This document shows positions 44,042 to 56,885 of a DNA stretch of 64,000 nucleotides, piece after piece (position 1 is the first letter of the stretch; every line of letters starts with the position of its first letter). This DNA is from Octopus vulgaris (Eukaryota). The position numbers and the translations under genes are program-made. Location of the stretch: contig OX597820.1 of NCBI GenBank assembly GCA_951406725.2, forward strand, positions 64,356,001 to 64,420,000, written 5' to 3'. A model generated the notes under the pieces. That model saw nothing but the letters and a program-made list of their open reading frames with translations. It was not told the origin of the DNA and ran no database searches.

Positions 44042-44208
44042 TTTTTTTTTTATTTCGTATATTTTCATTTGTCTTGCTTATTTTTAATGCTTTCATTTGT
44101 GCTGAGATTTTTTTTATTTCAGAACACATTCTTTGTGGAAAATAGCGATTTTGACGTCTATATCTAGCATGTTGACCGTCCACTTTTAGTGGTCAGTCCT
44201 TTAAATTT

Positions 44209-44278
<70 letters not shown>

Positions 44279-45494
44279 CGTGTGTGTTTGTGTGTGTGTG
44301 TGTCTGTGTGTGTTTGTGTGTGTGTGTGTGCGTGTGTGTGTGTGTGTCTGTGTCTGTGTGTGTAAAATAACGGTGGCTTATACGCAATCTTAAAACCGAA
44401 AGTTAGAAATATATATGTCATTAACATCACAGAGGGCACTAGTCATCACCAGCACTATAAACGTATTACTAGAAAATGATATTTAGCAAAGAATGTCAAC
44501 CACAATCGTCACAATATCACTTCATCACCACCACAAACAAAGAACATTCTCGCCATCACCACCACCAGTATCACCACTAGCAACAATGACAGCAACAACA
44601 ACAACAATACTGACGACAGAAGCAGCATCATTACCATCACTACCACTGCTGTAATCATAATACATGCCACCTGAAATTACAAGATGTATTCCAAAATGTC
44701 ATGTATATGTGTAATATTTATTATCTATCACCATTAGCCCCATCCTTTTTGTATTCATACATAAATACACACACAAGCACACAGGCAAGCATACATTCGA
44801 AAGCATACAAGCATACATGCATCCAGACAAACATATCTATCTGTATTCGTGTGTGTATGTATTACGCTCACATTATCACAATATAAACACTATATACACA
44901 TATTTCACGAACTATGCTTTAACACAGTTACACACATTTACGCACATACGACTTAAATATGGTAGGCTTGTGTGCGCGTATGTGAGTATGTGCGTGCATG
45001 TGTGTGCGAGAATGCCTCTGTGTTCTTACGGCTCTATCTGTCGTCACTCTTCCGTTATTCCTTAATAACATCTTGTGCTTATCTTTGTATTTACAACGTC
45101 TGGCGACCTGAACGTAAATAATTTGCCCTTATATAAACTCATCGCCATTAGCATCCACCCACCACCATCCCATCTCCCTTCTTTATTCTACTGTCACACA
45201 TAATTTATTCTCTAAATCAGTAAATGTCTTTTTCTCGCCGTCTTCCTTTCCTATCACTCTTTCTCTTTCCCAGTATCTCTACCTCCTTCAGTCTCTCTCC
45301 CTTTATACATCTCTTATTATTGCATCTCCGTTTGTGAGATACTTCACGTCTTTGTTTTGCAGTGCTTCTCCCCTGTTCGTAGAGTTTTGCGATTACTGAA
45401 AGGAAGGGACATTTTTGTATTGCTTTCGTGAATTTCTGTATTGGAGTTGGTCATAATTAGAATTTAGTTAGATATACATACGTATGCATATACC

Positions 45495-45855
45495 CAGGCC
45501 TATTCCCCAATATTTTTTTAGGAGCGGGTATCCTCAACAAGACACACACCAGGCATTGCATTCATTTCCCAGCTCCAGTCCGCAATATGACTATAAACTA
45601 CATCCGGTATTGGGGCCATGGGATCCTGGTTTCAGGTTTTGCGGAGTGTGGAACCATCTCTTAGCCACTATTGTTCAAAGGTCTACTCTGGCCCGGAGTG
45701 ATAGCACCTGTAAGGGTCCCAGATATGAGTTAACTAGAAAAGCCCCTGCGACTGGATGGTGGGGATTGGTAAAATGCAATTGCCGTATTCTTTACTTGGC
45801 GTAAGAGGCGACCAAAAGGGACAGGAGCGAGGAGACTGGGAATCCTCTACCCTTA
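45495..45855 (+). mobile_element. Unclassified GC-richer retroposon-like repeat
   Basis: Contains actctggcccggagtgatagcacctg and cttggcgtaagaggcgacc, motifs recalled from invertebrate SINE/RTE 5' regions. No coding signal. Confidence 0.4.
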
Positions 45856-46030
45856 GTAAATTAATATTTCTAAAAAGACAAGAAATAAATTTAGATATGA
45901 TTTTGATAAATTAAGAGTGTATCTGCTACCTTATTTGTTATTCACATATATTTTATTTACACACACAAACACACTTATGCACAAATGTATACAGACCTAC
46001 ATACATACGTGCATGCATACATATATATTA

Positions 46031-46061
<31 letters not shown>

Positions 46062-46074
46062 CATACACATATTT

Positions 46075-46480
46075 ATTCTTTTACTTGTTTCCGTCATTTG
46101 ACACCGGTTTTAGTCGAAGAGATAGACTCCAGGATTTATTCTTTGTAAGCCTAGTATTTCTATCGGCCTCTTTTGCCAAGCCAATGGAATGCGGGCTTCA
46201 TAAAAACTCCAGCATCGGATTTCAAGCAGTGGTGGGGGGACAAACACACATACACACACACACACACATATCACACACACACGCACACACACACACATAT
46301 ATATATATATATACGCGACAGCCTTCTTTCAGTTTCCGTCTACCAAATCTACTCGCAATGTTTTGGTCGTTCGCAGTCTATAACAGTATAGACACTTGCC
46401 CAAAGTTCTACACAGTAGGACCGAAACAGGAACCAGGTGGCTGGGAAGGAAGCGTCTTACCTTACAGCCACACCCATATA
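46075..46480 (-). mobile_element. SINE family 1, degenerate
   Basis: Matches the family consensus, with internal CA/TA tract. Confidence 0.8.
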
Positions 46481-46527
46481 CCTATATAGTATGAGTATGT
46501 GTGTCTGTGTGTGAATACAAAAATATT

Positions 46528-46558
<31 letters not shown>

Positions 46559-47559
46559 ATGTATGAATGTATGTGCATATGTATATATGCATGTATGTGT
46601 ATGCATGCGGGCTTGCCTACATTCGAATCGAAGGGCCCCTTAAAAATTTATATGCAGAAAAGATGTGTAATTAGTTTGCTCACTCTGCAATAGTGGGATT
46701 TGATCTCAGACCTCTCAGTATTGGAACAAATAGGACAAAGCATTCTGTTCGACGCCTCAATGACTATGTTAATTCGTTGGCCACAGGTCATACTCTTGAA
46801 GTCAGCAGCATTGACCTCCGGTTTTATTATTTTTGAAAGGCGTTCTGTCCAACGTAGTCTCACATCCTGCACATTAAGTGTTTCTGAAATTTAAAAATCA
46901 TCGTTAAGAATTTTACGTGTATGTATTTATTTTGCAAGATTCTTGAGATGAAAAAATGTGCTGAAACAGATATTATTGTAATTGGGGAGGGTCATATTTT
47001 TTTGCCAACTAAACACATGCACTATTTATTTGATCTTCACGTTAGTTTTTATTCGTATTATTTCTAGTTAATACGTTTTTCATCACACAATCTGTAACTG
47101 TATCAATGACTTTCTGTTCCATGTTTTCCCTCTTGTCTTGCTTACTCAACTTTGTTCTTCTGCGCTGACATCTGTATGTGCGTGACAATGTATTTAATAT
47201 GTGTGTTCCCTGTGCGTGGTAAAACTTTACTCGAAAATGGACTGTTAGATATCAATACAGCATATACTTAACCGGCTTGTCCTTGACCATGTATCTCCTA
47301 AATAAAAGGACTGGTGTTGAGTCAAAGATCAAAAGAATCGAAGTGAATTGGCAGTGTTTTATTTTGGTTCCGAAGTCTCTTTTCGTTTATTAACTTCTAT
47401 GTTTTATTTATTTTTTATAAAACACCGTCGAAGTTTTCTCCATTAATAGATGAAACACCGAAAACACCGTTGAAGTTTTCTCCATTAATAGATGAAATGA
47501 TGACAAAAGTAGCTATATTTAGACTAATATTGGCTTTACACCACAATAAGACATTTGTA

Positions 47560-47900
47560 GTTCTCTACTGAGTTGCCACTAAGATAACTATTGCGGTTGT
47601 TTCTTCTTATTTCACTGATTCATTTATTACTGATCTCAGCTAACCCGGTGCGCTCAGTTGTGAACCATATTATGATTTGCAGGAATTGGAATTCAGTTGC
47701 CCAGAAGGCATTGACTATTGCTTGTGTTAACGCAACCTTGCAATGAGAAAGCGTATTGTTTCACGAATTTACGTATTTGTACTCATCGACATGGGACCAG
47801 TGAATAGAAAAACAAGGAAGGTCTGATCCTAAAAAACAACGTTGACGAGCGATTTCTTTTAGAATGTACGTGACCGTAGAAGCTTTACATCTGTGGGCTG
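47560..47900 (-). pseudogene. Possible decayed Tc1/mariner-superfamily (DD41D-like) transposase
   Basis: Minus strand STVTYILKEI (~47850-47880) and AFSLQGCVNTSN..FWATE (~47690-47752) resemble DEAHFxLxGxVNxQNCRIWxxENP. Confidence 0.3.
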
Positions 47901-50900
47901 TGACTTTGGTGTCTAAGAATCAACCGCTCGTTTCATTTACAATGGGCGTGAGGATGATTCATTCATCGCTGATTCATTTATATCACACCACCCCACCTCG
48001 TGATAAACGATAATTCGTGTACATCATATGATTTGCTTCCATGAGAACCTAACGTCTGTGAATAAAAGTCATAGATGTTGTAGCATTAATTTTGTCGCGT
48101 TTTATATGCTCGCTGTTATCAATTTCTCAAGCTGCATTCTATTTCTTGGTAACTGTATTTCACATTAGAACAGACTACGTCAATAATCCAAATTTGAGTT
48201 CGGTGATAATTCTTTAAAATTAAAATAGCAGGGGATTAATTTGAATGAACGTTGTTTGTTTTGCCTGAGCTATTGTTAAGCCCATAACCGTGCGGTTATG
48301 TTTCCAATATTGTGCTTTCCAGCAAATATATTTATATCTTCTATAACAACAATAAAATGCCATTTTTTCCTGTTTTGTATAGAATTTGTAACAAGCTTTG
48401 CGATGACACTACCTCACACCTCAATTTCTCTCACTTCCTCGCTTCTAACACTTGTATATTAATGAGTGAACAAGTTTCACTGGAATTTAAATTAGATTAA
48501 CCATCCATAGCTCTTTGTATCTAAGCTCTGAAAGAATTCATTTTGTACAGCTTTATCGTAATACTGCTTAAGCATCGGTTCGTTTCTTTTGATCTCCTAT
48601 TCAGTCTCTTTTATAGATACCTCTAGTTTTCTTTTTATGTACCTTTCAGTGTTCCTCTATTCATTCTGATTTCTCCATCAACAAATTTTACTTCTTTCCA
48701 AACTCAGAGAACAACATCTTTTATTTCTCTTCCATGTAACAATATACACATTTGATATCTCTCTTCTGTGCAATATTTATCTATACATATACTTTCATTG
48801 CCATATAAGAAGACACTTGAACATTTATTTGCTTAAACACACATATACATACACATGGATACACGCGCACCCACTCATATACGTTTGTATGTATGTATCT
48901 TCCATGTTCTTCACACATCTCTGCCTCTGTTGTCCTTGTTATGGATAGCTTTTCCATGGTTTGCAAGTCAGCTGAGCAGGAAAATCTTCCTCGCATTTCT
49001 TTTAATTATTCCATCCAACACCTGTACATCTCGTTTGCTGAATTGAAACACGTGCATCCTATAGCCATTCAACAGAACAACTATGTGTTTTATTGTAAAG
49101 ATAACGCTTTATCAGAAATATTGATACGGCTAGGGAAAGAATATTAATCAATGATTGATAGTATTTTAAGGATTCCGGATAGTGCGAGAAAATAAGAAAT
49201 CTAGGAATGTCGTTCCTTCATATCCTGCATGACGGCAGCAACAATGCAAAAATTTGGCAATATTCTCTGAAACATAGATTAGCGATTCACTAAATAAATG
49301 CACCAGAATGTATACTGTGTAGCTCAGTGACTAGAAGTTCTTCTGCGAACAAATGAGAACAATATGAGATACGGAACACCTTTAATGCATCCTGCATTAA
49401 ATATATTAAGGCTAATTTAAAACATTTGTTCTTCTATAGGATGGGGCTCTGAGTCATAGAGTTCTTAGTTTTGAAGTTTCAATAGATTTCCATTTGAAGT
49501 GACCCTGTAAAACTACTGCAATTATTTAAAATTTGATTTCGTTTGCAAAAATCATGATGATTTGTACTTTGTCTATCGCATTATTTTACCCACAGCCAAG
49601 GATTGATGGCCTTCATTCTTACCACATAATCAGCGAAATATAAGAGTTGTTAGTACATTGTTTAGAATGCGTTGTTGAATATCTTCCGAAACTACAAGTT
49701 CTAATTTAATTTCAAATCTGGTCAAGTTCAACTTTGCCTTTTATTGTTTCGGCGACGATAAATAAGGTAGCAATCGAGGGTTGCGTCAGACACGAGACTT
49801 CTTAGTATCTGTTCCAGTGCCTTCCCGTTTGAACTCAACTTCAATTTCTTGTCACTTAAAAAGTTTGGCACCGACATATCTTTTAGAAGTTGCGATTGAC
49901 AGACAGTAACAGGGATCGAACATCTGATGGAAATATAATTTCCTTCCTTTGATCACAACATTATTTGCCACATGTAACCGTCTAGCATATTTCCAAACCG
50001 CCTGCTTTCAACATTCAGAGCATGTCTTTGAGAGGTAATCTCTAAACAATATCTTTGACAACGTAGCATACCACCAGCGCCAGCAACTATGTGATTCTTT
50101 AATTTCTTAGATGTAACAGCTAAATATCCAATTCTCCATCAAATCGCAACCTACATGATCATATTCAAGGGAAGACAAGCCAGAGAAGGTTTTCTTAACG
50201 CTGTCAATTAACCTACAAAATAAAGCATATAAATGTCGTTTCTGTCAAGCTGACATAAGTGTTTCATTTAGAGAAAGATTACTATGGCACACATTAACTT
50301 AAGACAAATTAAATATTCGGTTCTAACTACAATATTGTTTCTAAAAACAAAGTAAAAACGAATGATTGCTACTTCAATAGTTTTGATAATAATTCTCTTC
50401 AAACTACCAAAATAGATTTGCGATCAATAACAACAGCAACAACGACGATGACAACAGCAACAGCAATGATGACAATGACAAACTCAGCTACTGCAGCAGA
50501 AACAGGAGCAACAAGGAAACAATTAACAATAAAACCTATGTACGTTGGCGTCTTTGGAATCAGGCTTCACAGCATACACCGACTGCGATAAAAATGACCC
50601 AGAAACAACAGGGCTAAGCATTTTAGAGTATTTATGTAATTCTATGTCTCTACATGCACTGTTTATAACGTCTAACTGCAGGCCTCCGTAGCTTTGATTC
50701 CTATCGAGTTAGATTTCACAATCTCGATCACGCACACAGATATAACGATATATTAACCTCACTGACGAAATTGCAAAGAGAATTTAGAAGTCACGAATAT
50801 ATGAGACTAAATTACAATTTTGAATACGGTCTCAGTTATGTTTGTCTGTTTCGTTATATGATAACTTGGAGATAGTGGAGGCACTCCTTTGCTATGTAGT

Positions 50901-51044
50901 TGGTCAGGCCATGTGTTGCGGAAGTTAAGGACCGAAACACTTGCTTGATGTTGGTACCTACGCTGAAGACCTGCTCTGCAGATCTCTTGAGAGCTTCTTA
51001 CCACAATCTGTCTCACGCATGCTGACATACCGATATTTCTTTAT

Positions 51045-51242
51045 TCTTTTATTTGTTTCAGCTATTTGATTGCGGCCATGCTGGATCACCGTTCTGAGGG
51101 AGTTTTAGTCGAAGAAATCAACACCAAGTCTTAATTTTTGTAAGCTTAGTACATAATCTATGGGTCTCTTTTGCCGTACCACTAAGTTGCAGGAAGGTAA
51201 ACACACCAGCATTGTTTGTCAAGCGATGGTGGCGTGGAGAGT

Positions 51243-51292
<50 letters not shown>

Positions 51293-51482
51293 TATGTATA
51301 TATATATATATATATGCGACGGGCTTCTTTCAGTTTCCATTTACCAAATCCACTCACAAGGTTTTGGCCGGCCTGAGGTTAGAGCAGAAGACAGCTTGCT
51401 GAAGGCACCGCGCTGTTATACTGAACACGGGACCATGTGTTTCGGAACCAAAATTCTTACCACAAAGCCACGCTTGCGCCTA
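51045..51482 (-). mobile_element. SINE family 1
   Basis: Matches 9955-10329 end to end. Confidence 0.88.
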
Positions 51483-52333
51483 CATATAAACCTTACTCAC
51501 GAAACTGCAAACAGAATTTAGAAACCACGTCTATCTTAGGAAAAATAACAATTTTGAATTTGATAACAGTTATATATTCGTGTTTTTGTCTATCTACTAA
51601 CATACAGGTAGTATAGGAGCTCTCTAATGATCAAGTTGGTCATGTAGATTGAACAAAAGATAAAATAGTTCCAAAAAGTCTACTATATGGAGAAATATGT
51701 TCTGTGAAAATCCGCTGCTACAAATCAAACTTATGTCTGAAAAAGACTGCCATAAATCTCATCTAAAAACAAAGTAATATTCAAGTGGAAATTTGGAAAT
51801 AACAGCGATTGATAGGTCATCATGGTGGCGAAATTATTGTCATAAATCCATATATTTTGTGAATAGAATCGCATTAAACACGCTAAATCGAAACGAGACA
51901 CAAAGAATAATGGTAAATATAAATAATACTTTCAAATCTTCCGAGTTTGCCTTTCTGTGCCTAATCTTTTGAGACTTTCATACATGGACAAAAGCAAAAG
52001 TAAGCTTAATAATAAATGTTAGCCAGCCGAAAAGTAAAAAAGAACAACAAAAACACATCTACCAATCATGGAAAAAATAGTTGTCTTTCAATTAATATTC
52101 TGAAGCCAAATCTATTTGTATACAATATCAAGTGATACGATGCCGCATTGCAAATATTTGAGAAGAGATATCCAAGTTGTAGCTGCGGAAAAAGTTTGAG
52201 ATCACCGACTGGACTGAATAGTCATCTTCCATCTGCAGTTTGTTAACAAGTAATGGGTAGAAATATTATTCATCATTCACTGGTCCGTTGGAGACCCGAA
52301 ACTAAGTGCACTACTGTGTTATATACTTAAGTA

Positions 52334-52680
52334 CGTATGTACGCATGTATGTATGTATGTATGTATGTATGTATGTATGTATGTATGTATGTATGTATGT
52401 ATGTATGTGTGTGTGTGTATGTATGTATGTATAAAAATGTTCGAGCCATGTCAGGCTCATAAGGGCTGGTTTCACGGTTTCAGTGGCGTAGAAATTCCAC
52501 ACCCGGATGGGAAACCAATCCCTCACAGAATTTATCATTTTTGCCAGCTGAGTGGAATGGAGCAACGTGAAATGAAGTGTTTTGCTCAAGAACACAACGC
52601 ATCGCCCGGTCCAGTAATCGAAACCACAACCTTACGATCATGAGTTCAACACCATATCAACTAAGCCATGGGTGTCCACA
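52334..52680 (-). mobile_element. SINE family 3 (tRNA head, CORE-like domain) with (CATA)n tail
   Basis: Minus strand tggcttagttg (A box), ggtttcgattac (B box-like), gtgttcttgagcaaaacacttcatttcacgttgctcc. (TATG)n at 52334-52431 is the tail. Confidence 0.8.
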
Positions 52681-52766
52681 TGTATCTATAAATGTATGTT
52701 AAAATATGAGGCATAAGCACTCAACTATGAGTACACATATAGGTGTGTATGTATGTATGTATGTAT

Positions 52767-52955
52767 GTAGGTAGGTAGGTAGGTAGGTAGGTAGGTAGGT
52801 AGGTAGGTAGGTAGGTAGGTAGGTAGGTAGGTAGTAGGTAGGTAGGAAGGTAGGGAAGTAGGTAGGTAGGTAGGTAGGTAGGTAGGTAGGTAGGTAGGTA
52901 GGTAGGTAGGTAGGTTGGTAGGTAGGTAGGTAGGTAGATAGGTAGGTAGGTAGGT
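52767..52955. repeat. (TAGG)n microsatellite
   Basis: Visible repeat. Confidence 0.95.
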
Positions 52956-53439
52956 TTGTATCCAGGCATGTTTGTGTATATGTATATATGAGTGTATGTA
53001 TGTATATACAGGTCCTGGACACTCGCCTATTCCTTGCTTTTCTAAAACTGTAACTTTGTTCCAGTATGAAAATTAACAGCTGCCTCAGTGCCATACTTCC
53101 ACGATTTCCTCAACTAATTAAACTTTCCCCTCATTTGCTATTTTTCTTTGAAAATACCATTCTTTATAATATAGTTCTGATAATACAGAAACCTGTTTCT
53201 TCCCTTTGTACCAAGTATGCAACTGCTATGTAAATTACTGGTGTTAAGCTCATTGCTTTTAATAAACTTATAATTAATCAAATTTGGAAGACAGCGTTGC
53301 AACAATCCCACCTATTCCTACTATTATGGCAATCAATATGTGATGCATGTTAAATTGTGTTCATCACATGTTTGTACAGTAATACGAATGTTTCTAGGTT
53401 TACGCACAGGGGGCAAGACTTTCCTGGGCTGAATCTGAG

Positions 53440-53610
53440 GTTAATCGATATTGTCGACCGCGGTACTTCCTTCATACTTAATTTGGTCGATCCTTGGATT
53501 ACGGAGTGCAGATTTGGCCTTCGTGAGGTTTGAACAACGAGCGAGCGTGAAAGAGTCGGAATAAATGCTTCAAGACATTTTCCCACTGCTTTAACGAATG
53601 ATGCAGTTTG
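53440..53610 (-). mobile_element. SINE family 2, degenerate
   Basis: ggtactt..ggtcgatcc..gatttggccttcgtgaggtttgaac..tgcttcaagacatttt..tgcagtttgcca. Confidence 0.5.
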
Positions 53611-54944
53611 CCACATTTATAATAATGATAACAACAACAACAACAACAACAGCTACAACAGCGACAATAGCAACGACAGGCCCATCATCATCATTATCAT
53701 CATCATCACCAATAACAAAAACCTTGAATATTATTATTATTATTTTTTTTTATTATTATTATTACGATAATGATGATGAGGAGGAGGAGGAGGGGGAGGA
53801 GGATTTTTCATCTTTAGAAGAATAAGAATAAGAAGAAGAAGAAGAAGAAGAAAACAACTAACAAATGGAATGATCCTAAAAGCTTATTTTATATCGTATT
53901 AAGATGTCTGAGGGAGAGCTATAAATTATTTCGTTTCGCTGCACTGTAAATAATATTCTAGCAGACTGGTTTTAGTAATCTCTTTCCAATCTCGCTCATT
54001 ATTATATACAATATATTAGTGAACAATAGCTTCATTAGTTATTTATTTGTCAAAGAGAAGTCTAATGGTCTAGTTTATAATTGGAGGGCAACACAAAGCT
54101 GCGTAGATATGGTACACTAAAACCAATCGAAGGATGTGTAGTTTAGCTCATATAATCTGCACTGGCAGTCTCCACGGCCTACACACATGTTTGTCATAAT
54201 GATAATGTTCACCACTATAATAATAAGATGATTGTACGAGCTAACGAGGACTCTTGTATGTGCTCGTCTTATGCGCTAGAAATGATAACTAGATATTTTC
54301 AATTCACGTGCAATCCTTCAGATCACATACAAAATAAGAATACTGTGGAATTGTTTGTTTGCTCTTAATGTAAAAAAAAAGACACAAAGATACTGCAACG
54401 TCGTTTGTCTTCTGATTTAGAAAGCTGAGGTGGGGATTAAGAAGAAAAGTATGTGCGTAAGTATGATTATTAATATTTAAATGATATGTTTTCAAAGAAT
54501 AGTTGAATAATACGTAAAAAGACATTAGGAAAATACGCAAGATGATGGTAATAAATGAAAACAAAGTGAAAACAGTGTATTCTTTCGCATATGCTATTTA
54601 ATATCCGTATAACTTTTCGGTAAAGACTCCCCTTTTCAAAGTGTTCGGAGAAAACGTTATTCTATTCTGTTTTATTTTAGATTGACAATCACAGTTTAAA
54701 TATTTATGCTTGAAAAGAAGTACAAATCATTTTGCAGTGAAGAAAAGAAGTCTAGCGATTTTGAAATTTTCAACTTCTATAAATTAAATGGCATTCGTAT
54801 GATACGGTTTCGTAATTACGCAGCGTGTTGTTGAATATGCCGTTATACGACTATGAATAAGCAAAAATAATGAATAATTGTGAATAAAGAAATAAAAGTA
54901 AAAAAATATTAAAAGTATGAACGATTAAACTATCCTTCGCAGGT

Positions 54945-55830
54945 ATAACAGCAAAAGCGTGGCCACGGAAAATTCCTCAGACGAGCTGCTTCTATCGCGA
55001 TTTTGCGGAGGAAATCAGCAGTGCGGTGTTTAAACAACGCGTAGCGGCCGGTCAGGCTCCGACCTTCTTTAACTTCTTCTCCTCTGCATTGAAAGCGGCG
55101 ATATATGTCTGTGCTATAGCTGCTATCTGTTTTCAGACAGAGAATATGTCGCAGGACGTCGCGTCCCAGATTAGAGATTTTTCCCCTCTTTTGGGAAGTG
55201 GGTTAATCCGTCGGGGCGCTTACCGCCTCCGTGGTCAATGTCAAGACATACTGGCTTTAGTTGTTACAGCAAGACAGCCTTCTGATGTTGTCATGCAGAG
55301 TGGCATGACGAAGGAATCTGCCGACCGAATAACAACAAGATAAAGGATGCAGGACGAATTTGTCGACTGCAGCTCTACAACGGCATTTATGGTACTCACA
55401 CAGGCAGAAAACGAAGGCGTTGTGTTACTTTAATAAGCGTACACTGATCATTGGGAAGGGCACCGGTTAATGATGAGGGTACTGAATTGACCTATGCGCT
55501 GCTGTTTGATCACCAATCGGAACGAAAACGGAGGAGACGGTGCTGTTCTACGTACGCCTCAATCTGCCTGAAGGTAGAATTGCATTTCATGTCTTCTCAA
55601 TATCGATGTGCATCTGTCATCTGGAGGAGCGCCAAAACTTTCAACTGTCCAATTTGTCAGGTCTCACTCCAGTTCTTGAGCAACATCTAATTCACACGTG
55701 ACAACAATCACCAGATTTACTTCCAAATCTCCGTGAAACGATGAAAGTTTATTTAATCTTGCTGTTGGCGAGAGCCCAGTTACATATGCGATCTGACAAC
55801 GATATAGTGCACGCTGTGCGTAACCGCCGC
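54945..55830 (-). pseudogene. CRE-clade non-LTR retrotransposon C-terminal relic (zinc knuckle + RLE)
   Basis: Minus strand: SA*VNSVPSSLTG, CEYHKCRCRAAVDKFVLHPLSCCYSVGRFLRHATLHDNIRR, DHGGGKRPDGLT, SLIWDATSCD, AAFNAEEKK, TADFLRKIA..ARLRN. Frameshifted. Confidence 0.85.
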
Positions 55831-56589
55831 ATCAAAAAAAAAAAAGGAATGAAAAGAAACAAGACAATATGTGTATAAAAAGGTTTGTAAGTAACTATGG
55901 AGTTTATTAATTACCAATTATCCTGCATTTTTTAAATTAGAGTGTCATTTGTTAGAAGCCCCCATCAAGCTATCTTGCTATTGAAATACACGAGTAACAA
56001 CAGAGACTCTGTAGAACTCAGGTTCACAAAGAAAAGAAACTATTGGGTTATCTCATAAATAATGAAGAAGACACACAGCACTATACAGTAAAACCGCAAT
56101 GTCATTCATTCGAAGGACAAACCTGCGCTAGTGACCGGAGAACTGCATGTGATCCCGCTTACAATTTAGCTTTCGTACTCTCATGAACAATGCTTCTTGG
56201 AAGAGTGCGATACCCGGACCACTGCAGTGACTGATCTACTGGCTTGGCCTTCCAACAGTAACAGACAAATCGACCTCAAATAAGACCCCGCTGTCTTATT
56301 AAATAAAGGCAGACATATTGAAAAATTTAGTCTTTGCATTAAATACTAAGTAGATATGGATAGAATTACGTTGATGATAGACTGCTCAATCAATGGCGAA
56401 CTGGGATTTAATACAAACATCAACATAAGTGAAAATCAAGAAAATATCAGCAAAGCTGCGTGGTAGTGGTGTCAGACGTGGTACACAGACGACCATATAA
56501 CTTGTTTGACCGTGCGTTTTTGTTATTTGCATCCGTTTTACAAATTAATGTGCACATACGCATTGCGTGTTCATATATCTTTTTCCGGT

Positions 56590-56885
56590 TACAGATCGCA
56601 ACCATCTCACGAAGCTGCGTTCGTGTGGAGCGTTTCCCGCGCCGATGGTTGTGAAATAAGTAGCCAATACAGGGATCGTTACTAGCCGTATTCAGCTTAT
56701 GCCAATGGCCGTCGAGACCTCAGGTACTCTCAGACACCCGCACTACTGATTTCCTCCACAAAATCGGGATAATGGCGGCTCGCCTGCGAAATAAGCTCCG
56801 TGAGTCGGAGAGGCTGCTGCAGCTAGTGTCACTAGCCATTCTCCGTGGTAACACCATTGCAGTCATAAGTGTGGGGCGCGGCTGA
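56590..56885 (+). pseudogene. CRE-clade element 3' end relic
   Basis: LMPMAVETSG..TTDFLHKIGIMAARLRNKLRESERLLQLVSLAILRGNTIAV..* matches the CRE C-terminal QRxSxAIxRGN motif. Confidence 0.82.

Noticed and set aside
47421-47497. ~35-bp local tandem duplication
   Set aside because: Ordinary slippage duplication with no further structure.
50890-50930. WSGHVLR resembling the RTE C-terminal WxGHVxR motif
   Set aside because: A single short motif without supporting neighbours.
55026-55343. 105-aa plus-strand ORF as a host exon
   Set aside because: The opposite strand carries clear CRE retrotransposon motifs, so the ORF is best explained as antisense.
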